A DNA stretch of 64,000 bases from Neoechinorhynchus agilis. Lineage: Eukaryota; Animalia; Acanthocephala. The notes beneath the pieces are model-generated. The model did not search any database and was not told the origin of the DNA. It was given only the letters and a program-made list of their open reading frames with translations. The stretch is from NCBI GenBank assembly GCA_051530055.1, contig CM121341.1, positions 248,001 to 312,000 on the forward strand. The letters are read 5' to 3'. This document shows, piece after piece, positions 23,641-36,914 of the stretch (the stretch's first letter is position 1; the number at the start of each line of letters is the position of its first letter). Position numbers and translations under genes: made by a program.

Positions 23641-24029
23641 AGAGCTCAGGCTAGCCTCCTTAATCGATGTACCTGCGGCTTGTTGATAGGGTCTGAAACG
23701 CTTTTTGGAGACTGTACGCCACAACTGATTTGAGCCAGATGTGAACGAACCTATCCTTCGTTTATCTACGCTATATTGGAAACGGGTTCTGCAGGGCCAG
23801 TAAAGACTACCCCAGAACTTAGTTGAGGCGAGGTCCCCGAGATTTTTTGCAACCATTAAGTGCCTACCCAACAGTGACAAAAGCTTAGGTCTCCTATCGA
23901 AGTTTCTCAACCGTGTTACTGTGGAAAGGAATTTATCACTAAATGTGGCCAGATAGTTGTTAATCTCTCCTAAACTGGCATTGACGTTACACGAGAACAA
24001 AAAAATTTAAAGCCAAGTTAAAAAGGTGG

Positions 24030-24630
24030 ACATTCAAAGCGCATAAAAGTGAGCAAGGTGTTTAGGGGATACGCCGAAATGCCGGAGGAGTTTGAGAAGG
24101 TAAAAACGATGGTTTGCTTTAGAGAAGGTAAATGAAATGTGGGCATCCCATTAAAGGTTTTCATGGAAAGTCAGGCCCAGTATTCGGAGAGAAGAGGCGC
24201 GGGGATAAGATTGCGTTTGGAAATGTGGGGGCAAGCTCAAAAGATTTGGATAAATTTAGGGAGACATTTAGGGTGAAGAGCGAGGAAATGAGATGGTTGA
24301 GCTCGTCCATGGTTGTGGAGAGAAAGAGAGAGAGGGAGATGCGATGGTAATGACTGTGAGGTCATCTGCATAAAGAAAATATTTGGTAGGGAGAGTGAGG
24401 GGATGAAGGCCATTTAGAAAAATTTCAAAGTGGAGGGGGGAAAGTATGGCGCTTTGGGGGACCCAATTAAATATGGGCAGAGAGGAGGAACAAGAAGTTC
24501 CACATTGGATATATTGTTCGCGGTTGGAGAGGAAAGAGGAAATCCAAGCGAGTTGCCAAGTTGGGAGGCCAAAGGAAGCACATGCTTGGAGGAGAAGAGA
24601 GTGATCTACCGACTCGAACGCCCTGGAAAT
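24030..24630 (-). mobile_element. Second L2/CR1 RT segment
   Basis: Aligns to about 16660-17270; YADD retained. Confidence 0.85.
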
Positions 24631-24639
24631 GCTCAAGTT

Positions 24640-24995
24640 TAAATTCTTTTTTAAATCCAGGAAGACGGGAAAGACGATTCCAGTTGGAGTAGTGGAAACC
24701 GACACTGACCATATGGATACTCCATGCTTACGCAAATGGATCTTTCAATGTATGGAGATAAGTTTCTCAAAATAATCCAATACAGATTCATACCTCGTCT
24801 ACCCAAAGTGTAATATGTGCTTACAGTGGGAGCACTAGAATCAAAACTGCTCCAATAAAACCAAAAATGCTGTTTCTGGGCAGAGGAGCATCGTACGTCA
24901 ACATGCACTAACAAAACGAGTAAATGTACCAACTGTGGTGGATCTCACAGGTGCTACTATAAAGGTCGTCCGTGTTTTAAGGCTTATGTGGATGC
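24640..24995 (+). mobile_element. ORF1 (triple CCHC knuckle) of an I/Jockey-like LINE, left part
   Basis: KCNMCLQWEH*..C, C.FWAEEH...C, KCTNCGGSH...YKG.P. Confidence 0.7.
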
Positions 24996-27900
24996 TTTCT
25001 TTCACGTCCCTAACTTTCTTTCACGATGATCGGACTTGATGTTACTGATTCTTGTCGGTCACGTAAAAGAAGCAGCTCCGGCGGTGGGGTCGGTGTGCCG
25101 CTCCACTTGGTGATGCGGCAGCGAACGGGAGCAACAAAATCCACCAGTGCAACGGGAAAAAGCAAGGGCGTCGTTGCTCTCGCCGACTACTTGAGCGTCG
25201 AAATGAGCGAAACTGTCGCCGGAGGCAACGAAAGCGTCAGTCGAAGCTCATCACCGTAGTGGTTACGGACTGTTCAGGTGGCGCTGACAGCCGTGAGCCC
25301 TTTGGTCCAGCTATTTCAGATAGAAGAGGACTACGAATCGGATCCTTGAATTGTAGGAGTCTGCGAGCGCAATAACGTAGCGGAACCCTGGCCAAATTGG
25401 CAAGGGACGCCAGAATGGATCTTGTGTTTTTACTAGAATTGCGCATAAGAGGCCAGTCAGACACAGACGTAAATCAGGAAGATTTAGGAGGAGGCTGGTC
25501 ATTATCTTACCTATCTGCGGACAGTCGAGGGAATGGAGGTGTAGGCGTTTGTTTATCACCCCGCCTCCAAAACTCAGCACTATGCAGTACTATAACTTAC
25601 CGAATCCTTCGTGTCAGCATAAAGCTTCGGTCGAGAAATCTCTATGCTTTTGGCGTATATTCACCGACCTTCTCGTCGGATGAAGAGGCGGTTGAAGGAT
25701 TTTATGGAAATCTAGCCGAAGCATTAGATGATGTACCGAAAAGAGACACCCTCTTAATAGCCGGTGACTTCAACGCGATTTTACCGCATTCCGAAAGATC
25801 GCTATATGTGTTGAAAGGCGAGAATCGGAACAGCCGATACTTGGTTGAGGTGCTGGAGGGACATGATCTCGTGTCTGCTAACACTTTATTCCGGAAGCGT
25901 CCGTGGCGTTTTGCGACGTTTATGGGTTAAAAGAATCGGTCCAAGCATGTCATGGGAAAAAATCCCATGAGACGCTTAGCTCAGCTTGACCATATATTGT
26001 TGAGACGTAGGGAAAAATGTCGGGTCAAAACGCTGACACATTCACAGTTGATGGGCTGCCAACCGACCACAAGTTGGTGATGTGTCAGTTGAGCATGAGA
26101 GACTCGTTGTTCCGTACGCCTCAACATCCTCCACGTTCGTTCTATGGCGCCCTCGCTAATGAGGAGAAGAGGAAAGAGGTCGATATCGAACTAGAGAATC
26201 AACTGAGCTCGATGCCAGCTGCTGAAACGTATATTGATTTTTATTACAAGTCAATCCGCGACGCAGTGACCGAAGCGGCCGAGAAAACCCTCCCAAAAAT
26301 GAGGCGTATAAAAGCTGCAAAGGTTAAAGGCAGGAGGACTTTGAATTGATGGCAATGGCTGAGCAGATCAAAGCTCTAAGAAAAAGAGGAAAACGATCTG
26401 AGGCTCGCATTGCAAGTCTTGAACTTGCCAACCTCTATAATGAAAAGCAAAAGGCTTCGATAGAGGATGCAGTTCGCGGGATTGCATGTAAGGAAGGTTT
26501 TGTTCGTACCTCCTTAGCACGGAGAGCGATAAACACTCTCACAGGAAGATCCCAAAGACAGCCAACTTTGATTGAACGTCCCTCCCCGGAAATCAGAAAA
26601 AAGAGAATCGCAAATTATTTCGCGGAAATTCTCAATTCGCCATTATCGTCTTTGGAAGTGAGTCCTGCACTTCCAAAAGGCACAATCGTCCCAAGCACTG
26701 AGGCATACTTCACTGGACCGATTTCCGTGAAGGAAGCGATCGCTGCGGCGAAAATGATGCGTGCGGGACGTGCATCAGGCCCAGATGGGATAATGGCAGA
26801 GGTACTGAGGTTTGAATCTATTGCCGGAAAGATCATACCGATAATGAATGGCATAATGAATGGTGGCTCAGTACCTCAAATCTGGCAAAAGGCGCATTTA
26901 ACAATGATCCCCAAGAAATGCTGTTCGACAAAGGTGGAGGACTACAGAGATATATCCCTGATGTCCAACCCGGCAAAACTTTTCAGCAGCATTTTGAGAC
27001 GCCGAATTCAGCCAATCCTCGAACCGTTTCTAAGAATTGAACAGAACGGCTTCAGGAAAGGGCGAGGCACCACAGAGCGCATATTGGCTTTGCGAAGGAT
27101 TCTCGAGGAGTCACGAATTCATCAAACGGATGTGACGCTAGTATTTGTTGATTTCCGTGGAGCTTTCGATTCGGTAAATCGAACGATGGTTGGCGGTATC
27201 TTAAAGGAGTATGGAGTGCCGCCGATCATTGTCACATCCGTTATGACATTATATAAAAACACAAGGTCCGCCGTCAAGACAGCTGACGGTTTGACAGAAT
27301 ACTTTTCCACCACTTCAGGTGTTTTGCAGGGCGACACATTGGCTCCTTTCCTTATCATCTTGGTGCTTGATTGGTTTATGAGATGGGTACTACCGAATGA
27401 TGAAGATGGATTTCTTCTGTTGAGGAAAAGAAGTCGCAGGTATCCTGAGATACGCGCCTCCCACGTGGCATATGCCGACGACATCGTATTGATGTCCTCA
27501 ACAGTCGAAGGAGCTCAACGCATGCTAAATAGACTGTGCGAGAGGGCGAGTATGATTGGTCTGACGATCAACTCGAAAAAGACGGAATTCTTGACGATTC
27601 CGCATGTGGCGCATACAGTCTCTGGCGAAGGGCCGAATGGCGTTGAGCAATTAAAACAGATAGAGCGGTATGTCTATCTGGGAACTGTTGTTCCTGTGGT
27701 GAGTGCGGATGTCAGCCGACGGAGAGCTATAGCTTGGAGAGCAAAGGGGCAACTTAAACCACTGTTTGACAGTGCGTCTTTCCCAGATGAACTCCGTTCG
27801 CAGCTGTTCAGGACTCTAATTGAGAGCATTGTCTACTACATTGCAGAGACCTGGACACTGTTACCAACGGCGACGAGGCAGTTGGACTAAAATCATTCAT

Positions 27901-28278
27901 TTCTCTTACGTGCGGCGTTCAAGGTCAGATGGTCAGATAAAGTGACCAACAAAGCACTGTATAAGAGAGCCGGAGTCCAACCGCCCAGTGAATATTTGCG
28001 CCGCAGACGACTGCAGTTCACGGGCAATATAATTCGGTCCGAGACATCTTGCCCACAGGTCGTGCAACAGTTCCTTTTCTGGAAGCCAACGACATTGTAT
28101 AGTAAAGGCAAAGGTAACTGTCGTACATACGATGACCTGATTTTAAGAGACGCGAATTGCCCGCATAACAGGACTGCTGTCGTGTATTTTAGATCCCTTG
28201 CGGAGTCTAATTCTATTTGACGGGCTTATACCTGCGGTGCAACGTAGGAAAGTACCGTTGCATACAATACAATACAAA
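24996..28278 (+). mobile_element. Full-length RTE-like LINE (3.28 kb), decayed, with 8-bp TSD
   Basis: APE (NCRSL, GVYSPT, AGDFNA) and RT (GPDGI, QNGFRKGR, DFRGAFDSV, GVLQGDTLAP, YADD); 3' stem-loop and TACAA tail; TSD GTGGATGC at 24988-24995 and 28279-28286. Confidence 0.92.
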
Positions 28279-30560
28279 GTGGATGCATGGAAGGCGGATA
28301 TCGTAATTTTAGAAATCAGAGCAGTCAGGAGACAATCCTTTCATCACCGTCCTATCAGACAGGAACGATTGCTACTACAAAGGATGTCGTTTAACCAACC
28401 CAACCCATCTACAATGAAGAGGATTTATGTCAACGAATCTTCGATAAAGTACTACACGAAGTAACACATCGCATATCGACAATCTTCAACAGCCTTCAGA
28501 ATCAAATTGCACAGCAAATTCAAAACCTGCTTTCGATCACGATTCCGAAGACCATTATCAACCTGACATCGAATAACGGGAACCAAGTACAATCAGGACT
28601 GAATAAGAGGCGAAGAATACCGACCAAAGACAATAAAATAAGCGGCAAAAATTCACGACGCTCAAACAATAGACATATCACTAGCGACTCTGACGCTGCG
28701 ATGGACGTTATAGAATGACAATGAGTGGGTCCTCGCCCGCGCCGCTCAATTTACACTGCTTACAATGGAATTCGGGGGAGCCGTGGCTCTAAACAGGTTA
28801 GATATTTTTAACTACATTACCGAAGATATTATTTGTATACAAGAGGCCAAAAAGGCAGCAGTAGGTTTTTATGTTTTACCACAAAAGTTTACATTTGAAT
28901 ACGATGTATTCCCAACATTTCCCTGTAATGCACATTCAAGTGGTCCCTTAACAATTTTCAAAAAACACCTTTCAGCCTCCCTTATTCAAAATTATATTAG
29001 TGAAAATCTATCATATGCTATCTTCAAAATTCACTCTAATGGGAAGGACTTAATGTTAGTTGGAAATGTTTATGTACGTCCGAAGTTCATACATAAAAAA
29101 GATACGAAGGACATTATTAGTAACCTTCTAAGTTTAGGCAATATCGTTTTATTTGACGATTTAAATGACCCGTCAGGAAAATGGACGAACGCAATAGTCA
29201 ACAGAGAAGGCACTCATGTGTTTTTAACTCCCACCCAACCAACATTTCACAGGGTATCGAGTAATGTTCATTCTTGGTTGGATGGATGCTGACGATTTAA
29301 ATGACCCGTCAGGAAAATGGACGAACGCAATAGTCAACAGAGAAGGCACTCATGTGTTTTTAACTCCCACCCAACCCACATTTCACAGGGTATCGAGTAA
29401 TGTTCATTCTTGGTTGGATGGATGCTATGCTCCTTCCAACAGACAGGAAAGCATTACGGTTGTGAAACAGTGTGCTTTATCGGAAGCATGCTATCACGAT
29501 ATCATAACCTCGTATTTATCCAACGACAAGTCCCTAACTCGTAGATTCCGATTTTCGCCAATTAATGTAGCCTTCTTTAACTTCGCTATCAAAAGTTCTC
29601 TTTTCGTACATCTGAGTCTCTATGACTGGAATTCTTTACTTTTTAATCTTTCAAATAGCAGCATCGTAAAGTAATGAGGAATCTATCTTTATCGATGAAA
29701 TCTTTTTGGCGCATCCTAAAAAAACACGAAATTTATCAAATGGAAAGACAAAGCGTTGAGATGGATCAGGTCTGTGTCCTATAAGGTGGTATTGGATGAT
29801 ATCATAAGCAAACTCTCTTTTGGAGCAACAAATGATTTACCGTCTGATAATTGGTTGACCCTGCCATTACTCAGATCATTGAATGAAGGAGATTTACGTG
29901 AGGAGGATATTTTAGAAGCCTGGGGTAGTACGACAAAGTTATCATCGAATAACGCAAGTGCCCCTAGTAAATGTCTAAGGTTTATAGAACCTTCAATTCG
30001 TCCTTTAATCGCTTCTTGCATGCTTAAAGCATCAAGGGAAGATTGGTTGCGTATTAATCTCGCACGAAGAATTCTCGTTAAAGCGAAAAAGAAGGTGGTC
30101 AATTTCTACTCAGATCTTAGACCTATTTCAATTCAAAACGCCTTAGTATCTCTTTACGAGAAGGCTATTGCCACCCGTTTAATGGACTTCTGTATTAAAA
30201 AGGATATTATCAACCATAACTGTCATGGTTTTTACCAAGGGAAATCTGTTACCTCAGCAACCAACAATATATAATTCCCTTAGGAACGAAAATTTTAGGT
30301 ATCGATGCCTTATTTCATTTGATTTTACTGCAGCATATGACAATATTGATCTGCAATTTTTACTAAGCTATATGGTCCTTCTTGATATTCCACAAGATAT
30401 CATAGTACGCATCCAAACAATTTTTGCGACCAAGTCCTTTTATTTCGACGACGAGGATGATGATCGCAAAATATTCTACCCGAAAAAAGGCCTACCTGAG
30501 GGTTCTCCACTATCCCCAATTTTATTTCTGATTGCCATGCAACTAATGGCATAATTTAAT
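28279..30560 (+). mobile_element. Continuation of the I-like LINE: ORF1 end, APE and RT, decayed
   Basis: DIICIQE, GNVY, RPISIQNALVSLYEK, HGF..GKS, FDFTAAYD, GLPEGSPLSPILF; 136-bp internal duplication. Confidence 0.8.
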
Positions 30561-30579
30561 GGGGATGGTGTTTAGATTT

Positions 30580-33500
30580 TTTTAAAACAAATATTTTTAT
30601 AATGTCGGAATTATTCGACCAAATATCGGAAATAAATCAGTGAATTTAACCAAAAGAAAGTGAATAAAATTCAATCTTTTAGTTTTCATTATATCCCTCA
30701 ATCCGCGCCACTCCATTGGGCCGTTGTTATCACGCTTGCCGTGCTGCCCCGTTGAATAGCCACACTCAAGCGGTGGATGAGGTAGTTCCTTTGTATGTGA
30801 TCTCCGCTGGCTTTTATAAGTAGTCGGCCTATCTCCGCGCAAAATTTCTTTGCCGAAACTCCAAACGCCCCATTTGTCTCCACACCGAAAGAAAGGAATA
30901 GGTGAGTCTTTTCCAGCTCAGCGTATTTCGCTGTCTTCCTCCTTTCGGCCGCCGTCGCAGCTCCTCCCGGTCGTGATATTGCGTCACTTCGGTTGGAGGG
31001 TGCTAACGAATCGACGCATGTGGCGTCCCAGATAAGGCATTTTCCCTCTGTCCACGGGAATATGGTCATCCCATCAAGACGTTTGCCATCTGAGCGACAC
31101 AGGTGGTTCGGCTCTAATAGAGTCGGGACATTTAATGAGTGGAGCGTCCTGCTAATAATGTTGTTTAACTCCGCGTGTCTCGCCAATCGACCACCAGATC
31201 GTTTACAAAGAAGGCCATGTCTACCTGACTCGTCAACTGCTGAACCACATCGACATTTGTGGGGTATGCATAGAGGTATGCCAAGCCTCAACCCGATAGC
31301 CACCCTCACCGACTCGTCGTCAAGGTGTGTGCCTAAAGGTCTGATTGGCAGCGCATTTAACCAAGCTCCAGACTCCTTAGGAGAGCTCGCCACTAGCCGT
31401 GTTTGAGACACCGAATCGAGATGCCCTTTCAAGGAATTATAGGCTCTCTCCACGAGGGGTTTATCCCAAACAGGCTGTTTGTGGCCATTTTCTGGAACTT
31501 GATCAAGATCGGTCTTGATGAGCCACGAGGAAACTCCACGAGGTTCGACATCATCCGTCGAGATATCGGTCTGCTGCAAAATAACATTGGTTATATTTTT
31601 TGTTTTGGTGACCGATGCGAGGAAAGCTGGAAGTGCTAATTCGACTACGCTCCAAAGGCCCAATCAACCGTATTCTATAGGCAGTATTGCTTGTTGCCAT
31701 GCCTCATTTGAAAGCTGGGAGTTCGTGATGCGTTGTAGTTGTCTCCTCAGCATTGAATCAATCTGTCGAAGCTTATGTGAGTGCTCGAAGTATGGAGCCG
31801 CTCTTAACTTGTACAGCATTTTTGGCATGCATAAACAATTCCTCAAAAGGAATAGGGCTTCATGAGAGCCAAGCTCACACGTTCGACTGCACAAACGTTC
31901 CAAATCAGGCAATACTTCATCGATTTCCCTCTCAACGTTCGAACTAAGGACACAGCTACCAAGAAGAGAGAAACGATCCGGTTCAATGAGTCGTATTCCC
32001 GGAGCGATATCAAGAAAGGAGCTGTAAATTGCATCTCTGTCCGATTGGTTTGCATTGATTAGCATTAGCTCACATTTCGACGAGTTCACAGTTAATCCGA
32101 TTTTCGATGTGGCGATGATCAGCCTCTTCAAATCATCTAGGACCACTGCCGGATCTCCACCAATCGTCGCGTCGTCTAGATACCACACGTTTAGTTTTGA
32201 GTTAAGCATCCGGATGATATCGTTCGTTATCAAAGCAAACCCAATCGGACCCAGAGGATCTCCCTGTTGTACACCGGTTTCTGACCAAATGATGTGGTGG
32301 TCGAAGAATAGAGGGGTCTTGGTGCCATATGCGATCTGAAAATAACGATATGCTCCAGAAAGGCTAACAGCAACTGTTTTCAGTAGGGCTGAGCGATCGA
32401 CTGAATTAAAGGCGTTGCTGAAATCCACCTTAAGCACTGCGTTCAATGTGCTCGATTGTCTGATGAAAGATCTTGTCGCATGGACGATCGATTCAGCTCC
32501 ACATGGAGTGCAGCACCCTAGTTGAAAGGGACGGAGTTGACGTCCAACGTCATCGTAAAATCTTTAGCACAATAATTTAGCAGCCAAACGTCGTATTGTA
32601 CATCCCACAGCAATCGGAGGAATGTCACCATTCGTTTTGGATAAGGCGCATAGTGTGGCTGAGAAGAGGAAGCTTGTCGCCTCGGGAGGTGGGATACCGT
32701 TGATGATTTGTTCCGTGAAATCCCTTAGGGATGCTTCAAGAGTTGATCCAGCAGCTGCTGCTCCTAAACTGAGCATGTCTTTCAAATGTTGAGGGCGAAG
32801 ACCATCGGGACCATGTCCAGAGCCGTTCGGGAAGGAGGCGATTGCTTTTCTTAACTCTGAGATATCGCATTGGAAACTGGCCTCAGTAGGGACTTCAGGT
32901 AAGGAAGGGGGATTGCCGACGGGGTGTTTACCTCTAAGTGCATCAAGTGTGCACTGATCACTTCTAGCAAATGAGTCCGTCGAACTTAGCAACCGAACTG
33001 CACCTCGTACATCGAAGTCAGCCAGTTTTGCAGAGACTCTCTTGGCAAGGAGAGAACGTTGGTTTGAGCATTTTGGGCGTTTAGCTTCGATTGAAAGCGA
33101 CTCCATAGATCTACTCAAGCTTATCCCAAATAAATTGTCATAATCCGTGAGTCGCTTTTTGATCGTACAGGTGAAATTACTGTCCGAGTCGCGGTTTGTG
33201 TTCAAGATTATTCGAGGAAAGGCGAATAACCGCAAGTAGTTAGCTTCGATCGGCTCAGAGGCGCACTTCGAGAGCAATGTCGAATATAACCTCGCACATT
33301 GGTATCTCGCGCCTTTTGGGATCCTTTTTAGTATGTTTTGTGGCAGGGTGCTGATCAGGGAGACGATCGGAGATACTGAGTCAGATTGGCCACCACTGAA
33401 GGATTGTGGAGGTAAAGATGGAAGGGAAGAACCAAGACATCTCGTTTTCAATGGACCGTGTTTCTTAATTAAACCCATCGAGGTCAATCCGAATTTGCGA

Positions 33501-33700
33501 CCGTATACTGAACAGTGTCCTGTAGGTTTGTGTGCATCATCATCATCTTGTGTAGCGATACAACCAGCCAAATTGGAACAGTCCTTACTGCTCGGGTCCA
33601 TGGAGGGATCCGAGCTCAGAAACCTGTGTGTTACTATTCTTCCGTGCTTGTGATTCGGTAAAGACGTCATTGAATGTTTCGTTCACAAATTCCTCCTTTT
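30580..33700 (-). mobile_element. CRE-clade retrotransposon, near full length, with disruptions
   Basis: GPDGLRPQHL, VDFSNAFNSV, GVQQGDPLGP, WYLDD, HKCRCG, RLDG (for RPDG), WDATCVD. Confidence 0.9.
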
Positions 33701-33934
33701 CGATTGTTTGCTCGGGTACCAAGATATATTTTGTTATTTGCTTTATGATTGTTTGAATTCGGAGATCGACAAAATTGTCAATATGCGTTACTTCCTTCCT
33801 GATATCGAGGCTCAGAGATCAGCAATTTATCGAATCAGGAGTGGGGGTACCACAGGGAACGGTAAGTTGGATAGAGATAATCAAGGAGATCCTTGTCGGA
33901 ATCTTTAATTCCTTCAAAACGCGATACAGCTAAC

Positions 33935-34560
33935 TACTATAGAAAACATTAATATGAAAATAACAAAAATTAACAATATTTTATTAAAATACAACATCCC
34001 AAAAACCAAACCCAGCTCGGCCCAAAAAGAGCCCGATAAAGGAAACCTAAAATTCAAGATAAACATTAAAAACACTATAAACATCAAACCTGAGCCTCAC
34101 GCCACTACATTTTTCAGCACAAAAAAAACTACGCCTTATATAAACGGCCGACAAATGCCCCACCAGATAAAATAGACCCGTCGACAAAAATCTATGGAAT
34201 AAAACGACTAGCACTCTTAACATAACCAGCCTGGGTGAAGAAAACATGAACCCCAACACCACAAAAGACATATGCACTACAGAAGAGCAAGCAACAAGAA
34301 CCTTAAAATCCCTGGTAAAATACATCTTGCACAAACAAACCACAAGACCCACTAGCAAGACACCCACAAAACAACTTAAAAACGCCCCCAAATACATGAT
34401 AAACAAAAAAACCCATAACCCCCTATCTTAATCAACACCCCTGCTAATAACATTGACCCCGCCACAGGAGACTCAACATGAACCAAAGGCAATCACTGAT
34501 GAAACCCCCACACCGGCACCTTCACAAAAAAGCCTAATAACACCAAATAAAATAACCAGC
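33935..34560 (-). pseudogene. nad4: Mitochondrial nad4 fragment (NUMT)
   Basis: [21 protein letters not shown] and DFKVLVACSSVVHM with TGA=Trp. Confidence 0.85.
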
Positions 34561-34572
34561 TAAAAATTCCTA

Positions 34573-34764
34573 GTTTTTATTACTTCTTCGGATGTTATTC
34601 ACTCTTGAGCTCTGCCCAGCCTGGGGGTAAAGATAGATGCTATTCCGGGGCGTATTAATAGGCTGGATTTGTTTTGCGGCTGCAAGGGGGTGTTTTACGG
34701 TCAGTGTTCTGAGTTGTGTGGGGTGGGTCATTCGTTTATGCCTGTGTGTGTAGAGATAGTTTAG
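34573..34764 (+). pseudogene. cox2: Mitochondrial cox2 3' part (NUMT)
   Basis: [23 protein letters not shown]...[15 protein letters not shown]. Confidence 0.92.
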
Positions 34765-34825
34765 GGTTAGCTCTAAGTTTTAAGAATGGCGGTTTGCAAG
34801 ACCGCAGGTGGGAGTTATCTACTTT
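34765..34825 (+). tRNA. trnC: Mitochondrial tRNA-Cys(GCA) in NUMT
   Basis: Anticodon arm GCGGT-TTGCAAG-ACCGC; other arms reduced. Confidence 0.55.
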
Positions 34826-34842
34826 TAAGGGGGAGGTAGTTC

Positions 34843-35547
34843 GTGCTAAGGTTGATTCCGGTTGTTGGTGTTTTTTTGTTTAGGGGGTCTTATTGTTTGT
34901 GGGGCGTATAAAGCTTGGGGTGCGGTGTGGGCCGTAGGCTTGGCCTTATTAGTGGTGTTGGTTATAACTTTTTTAGAGTGGGAGTCTGGTTGTAGGGACT
35001 TGGGAGGAGCCGGGAGAGGATTTTATTCTGGTGTTCTACTTTTTATTGTAAGTGAGTTATTTATTTTTGTGGGATTATTGGCTGGGTTTGTTTACTTGTC
35101 TTCGACGGGGTGGTGTGGTACCGGTTTTGCAGACAGGCTTTGGGGTTTGAGGTACGATGGCGTGTTTGTTGTTGACCTCAGGGGTTACGTTGACTTTATT
35201 TCACAGGGCGTATGTGTTTAGGCACCCCGCTGTGTAATATATTTAATTCACACTGTTTTATTAGGCTTAATTTTTTTAGTTGTAATGTGGCAAGAGTGAC
35301 TAGAGATGCCATTTGACTGGCTGAGGAGTGGTTCAGGTATGTTTTACTTGTGTACGGGCATGCATGGTTTGCATGTGGGGGTTGGTTTGTGTTTAATAGT
35401 TTCATGTGCTTTGTGGGTCTATTTATTTGGCCTAGGTCCTCAAGAGCTAGGCTGGTTAGAGGGGTTTGTCTGGTACTGACATTTTGTAGACTTGGTGTGA
35501 TTGGGTGTGTTTTTGGGGTGTTATTGGTATGGGTTGTGACTAAGTAG
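34843..35547 (+). pseudogene. cox3: Mitochondrial cox3 (NUMT, frameshifted)
   Basis: FIVSE..F; TGMHGLHV; WYWHFVDLVW, found in different frames. Confidence 0.85.
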
Positions 35548-35739
35548 GTTATTTAAACTACATAAATTGCTATTATGTGATAGGTGGTCATAGTAATTGT
35601 CGAAAATCGTTTATAATTTCGGCTTATAAGTTAGCCTGGTGCTATTACTCAGGTTTATTAGGGATTGTTGATCCCCCGGTGCTATCTGATGGGCAGTTTA
35701 GGTTGAGCTACTAACTCAAAATGATTGAATTCAAATTGT

Positions 35740-36500
35740 CTTGTGTTAAGATTGTTTATCTTGGTTTTATACGGATTTTCTTTAGTTGTGGGTGTTATTT
35801 CTGATTCTTTGATCACGGTTTGATTTTGTATAGAGTTAGGGGTTTGCTTTTTAGTGGTAGCCTTTTTAATCTGGGGGATGAGTTACGGCTCTTTGGTGGT
35901 TTATTATGTTGTACAGACACTAGGTTCTTGTGTTATAGTATGGGGGGTTTGTGTTAATATGGGTTGAGTCGGGTTTATTGGGTTGCTGGTCAAGGTGGGG
36001 CTATTCCCCTTTAGGGTTTGGGTGTATTTAATTGTGTTAGAGCTAGACTATAAGCTTATTTTGCTGTTTGTTTTTGGGTTGCAGAAGACTCTACCTCTGA
36101 TCGTAGCTTGTAAGTGGTCAACAATTAGGGCTGGTATAGTGTTTTTTGTAGTTGTAGGGTGTTTTGTAGGGCTGCTCGGCATATTTTTCTCTGATGAGTT
36201 TATGGTGATGTTGGCCAGTTCTTCTATTATGCGCACTTCTTGGTTGGTGTTATTCATTTTTCTTCAGCCGGGACTGTTGTATCTGTACTGTGCCATTTAT
36301 TTTGGATTTTTATTTTTGTTGCTTAGCATAAGAGAGAGGGTGTACCTTCTGGGGTTGTCTTTAATGGCCAGGGTCCCCCCTCTGCTTGGGCTTATTTTAA
36401 AGTGGATGGTTTTTTCTAGGTGGGGCGTGATGCTGATTGTTGTTATTTTTATTATAGTGTTGATATCCGGGGTTAGGGCTTTGGGTTATTTCCGTTGAGT
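35740..36500 (+). pseudogene. nad2: Mitochondrial nad2 (NUMT)
   Basis: YYVVQTLGS, KVGLFPF.VW, QKTLP, SSI, PPL.G...KW. Confidence 0.75.
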
Positions 36501-36535
36501 CTTGTTTTATGGGATGGGGTCCACCTCCACGGTGA

Positions 36536-36912
36536 GTGTTTAGTGTGCGTCGTTATTTAATGTCTACTAATCATAAGGATATTTATATGGTTTATTTATT
36601 AATAAGTATTTGGGGTGGCTTGTTGGGGTTCAGTCTTAGCGGGGTGATTCGTTTAGAGTTAATAGCGTCTTGTTCTTGGATAGGCTGCGAGGGGTTGTAT
36701 AATATAGTTGTAACCAGTCATGCTATTATGAATTTTCTTGGTGCTTTTGGAAACATGCTTACGCCGTTGATAATGGGTGTTGAAGGTATAGCTTTTCTCC
36801 GCCTGAACAATTTAAGAGTTTTAATAGTGGGGTTAGCTTTAGGCCTCTTTTTAGTTAGAATGGTGCAAAGGGGGCCGGCGGCAGGGTGGACTTACTACCC
36901 CCCTTTATTTTT
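36536..36912 (+). pseudogene. cox1: Mitochondrial cox1 5' part (NUMT) with in-frame deletion
   Basis: STNHKDI, RLEL, YN.VVTSHA, RLNN, GWTYYPPL; the usual IFF.VMP segment is missing. Confidence 0.92.
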
Positions 36913-36914
36913 AT

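Noticed and set aside
25060-25140. HDV-like ribozyme in the RTE 5' UTR (GCTCC...TGCCGC/GCGGCA-GCGAA-GGGAGC)
   Set aside because: P2, P4 and J4/2-like parts are present, but only 12 nt remain for P3-L3-P3-P1 and no P1 partner was found; a covariance search is needed.
33935-36912. Functional mitochondrial genome segment
   Set aside because: Frameshifts, deletions, an inversion and LINE flanks indicate a NUMT.
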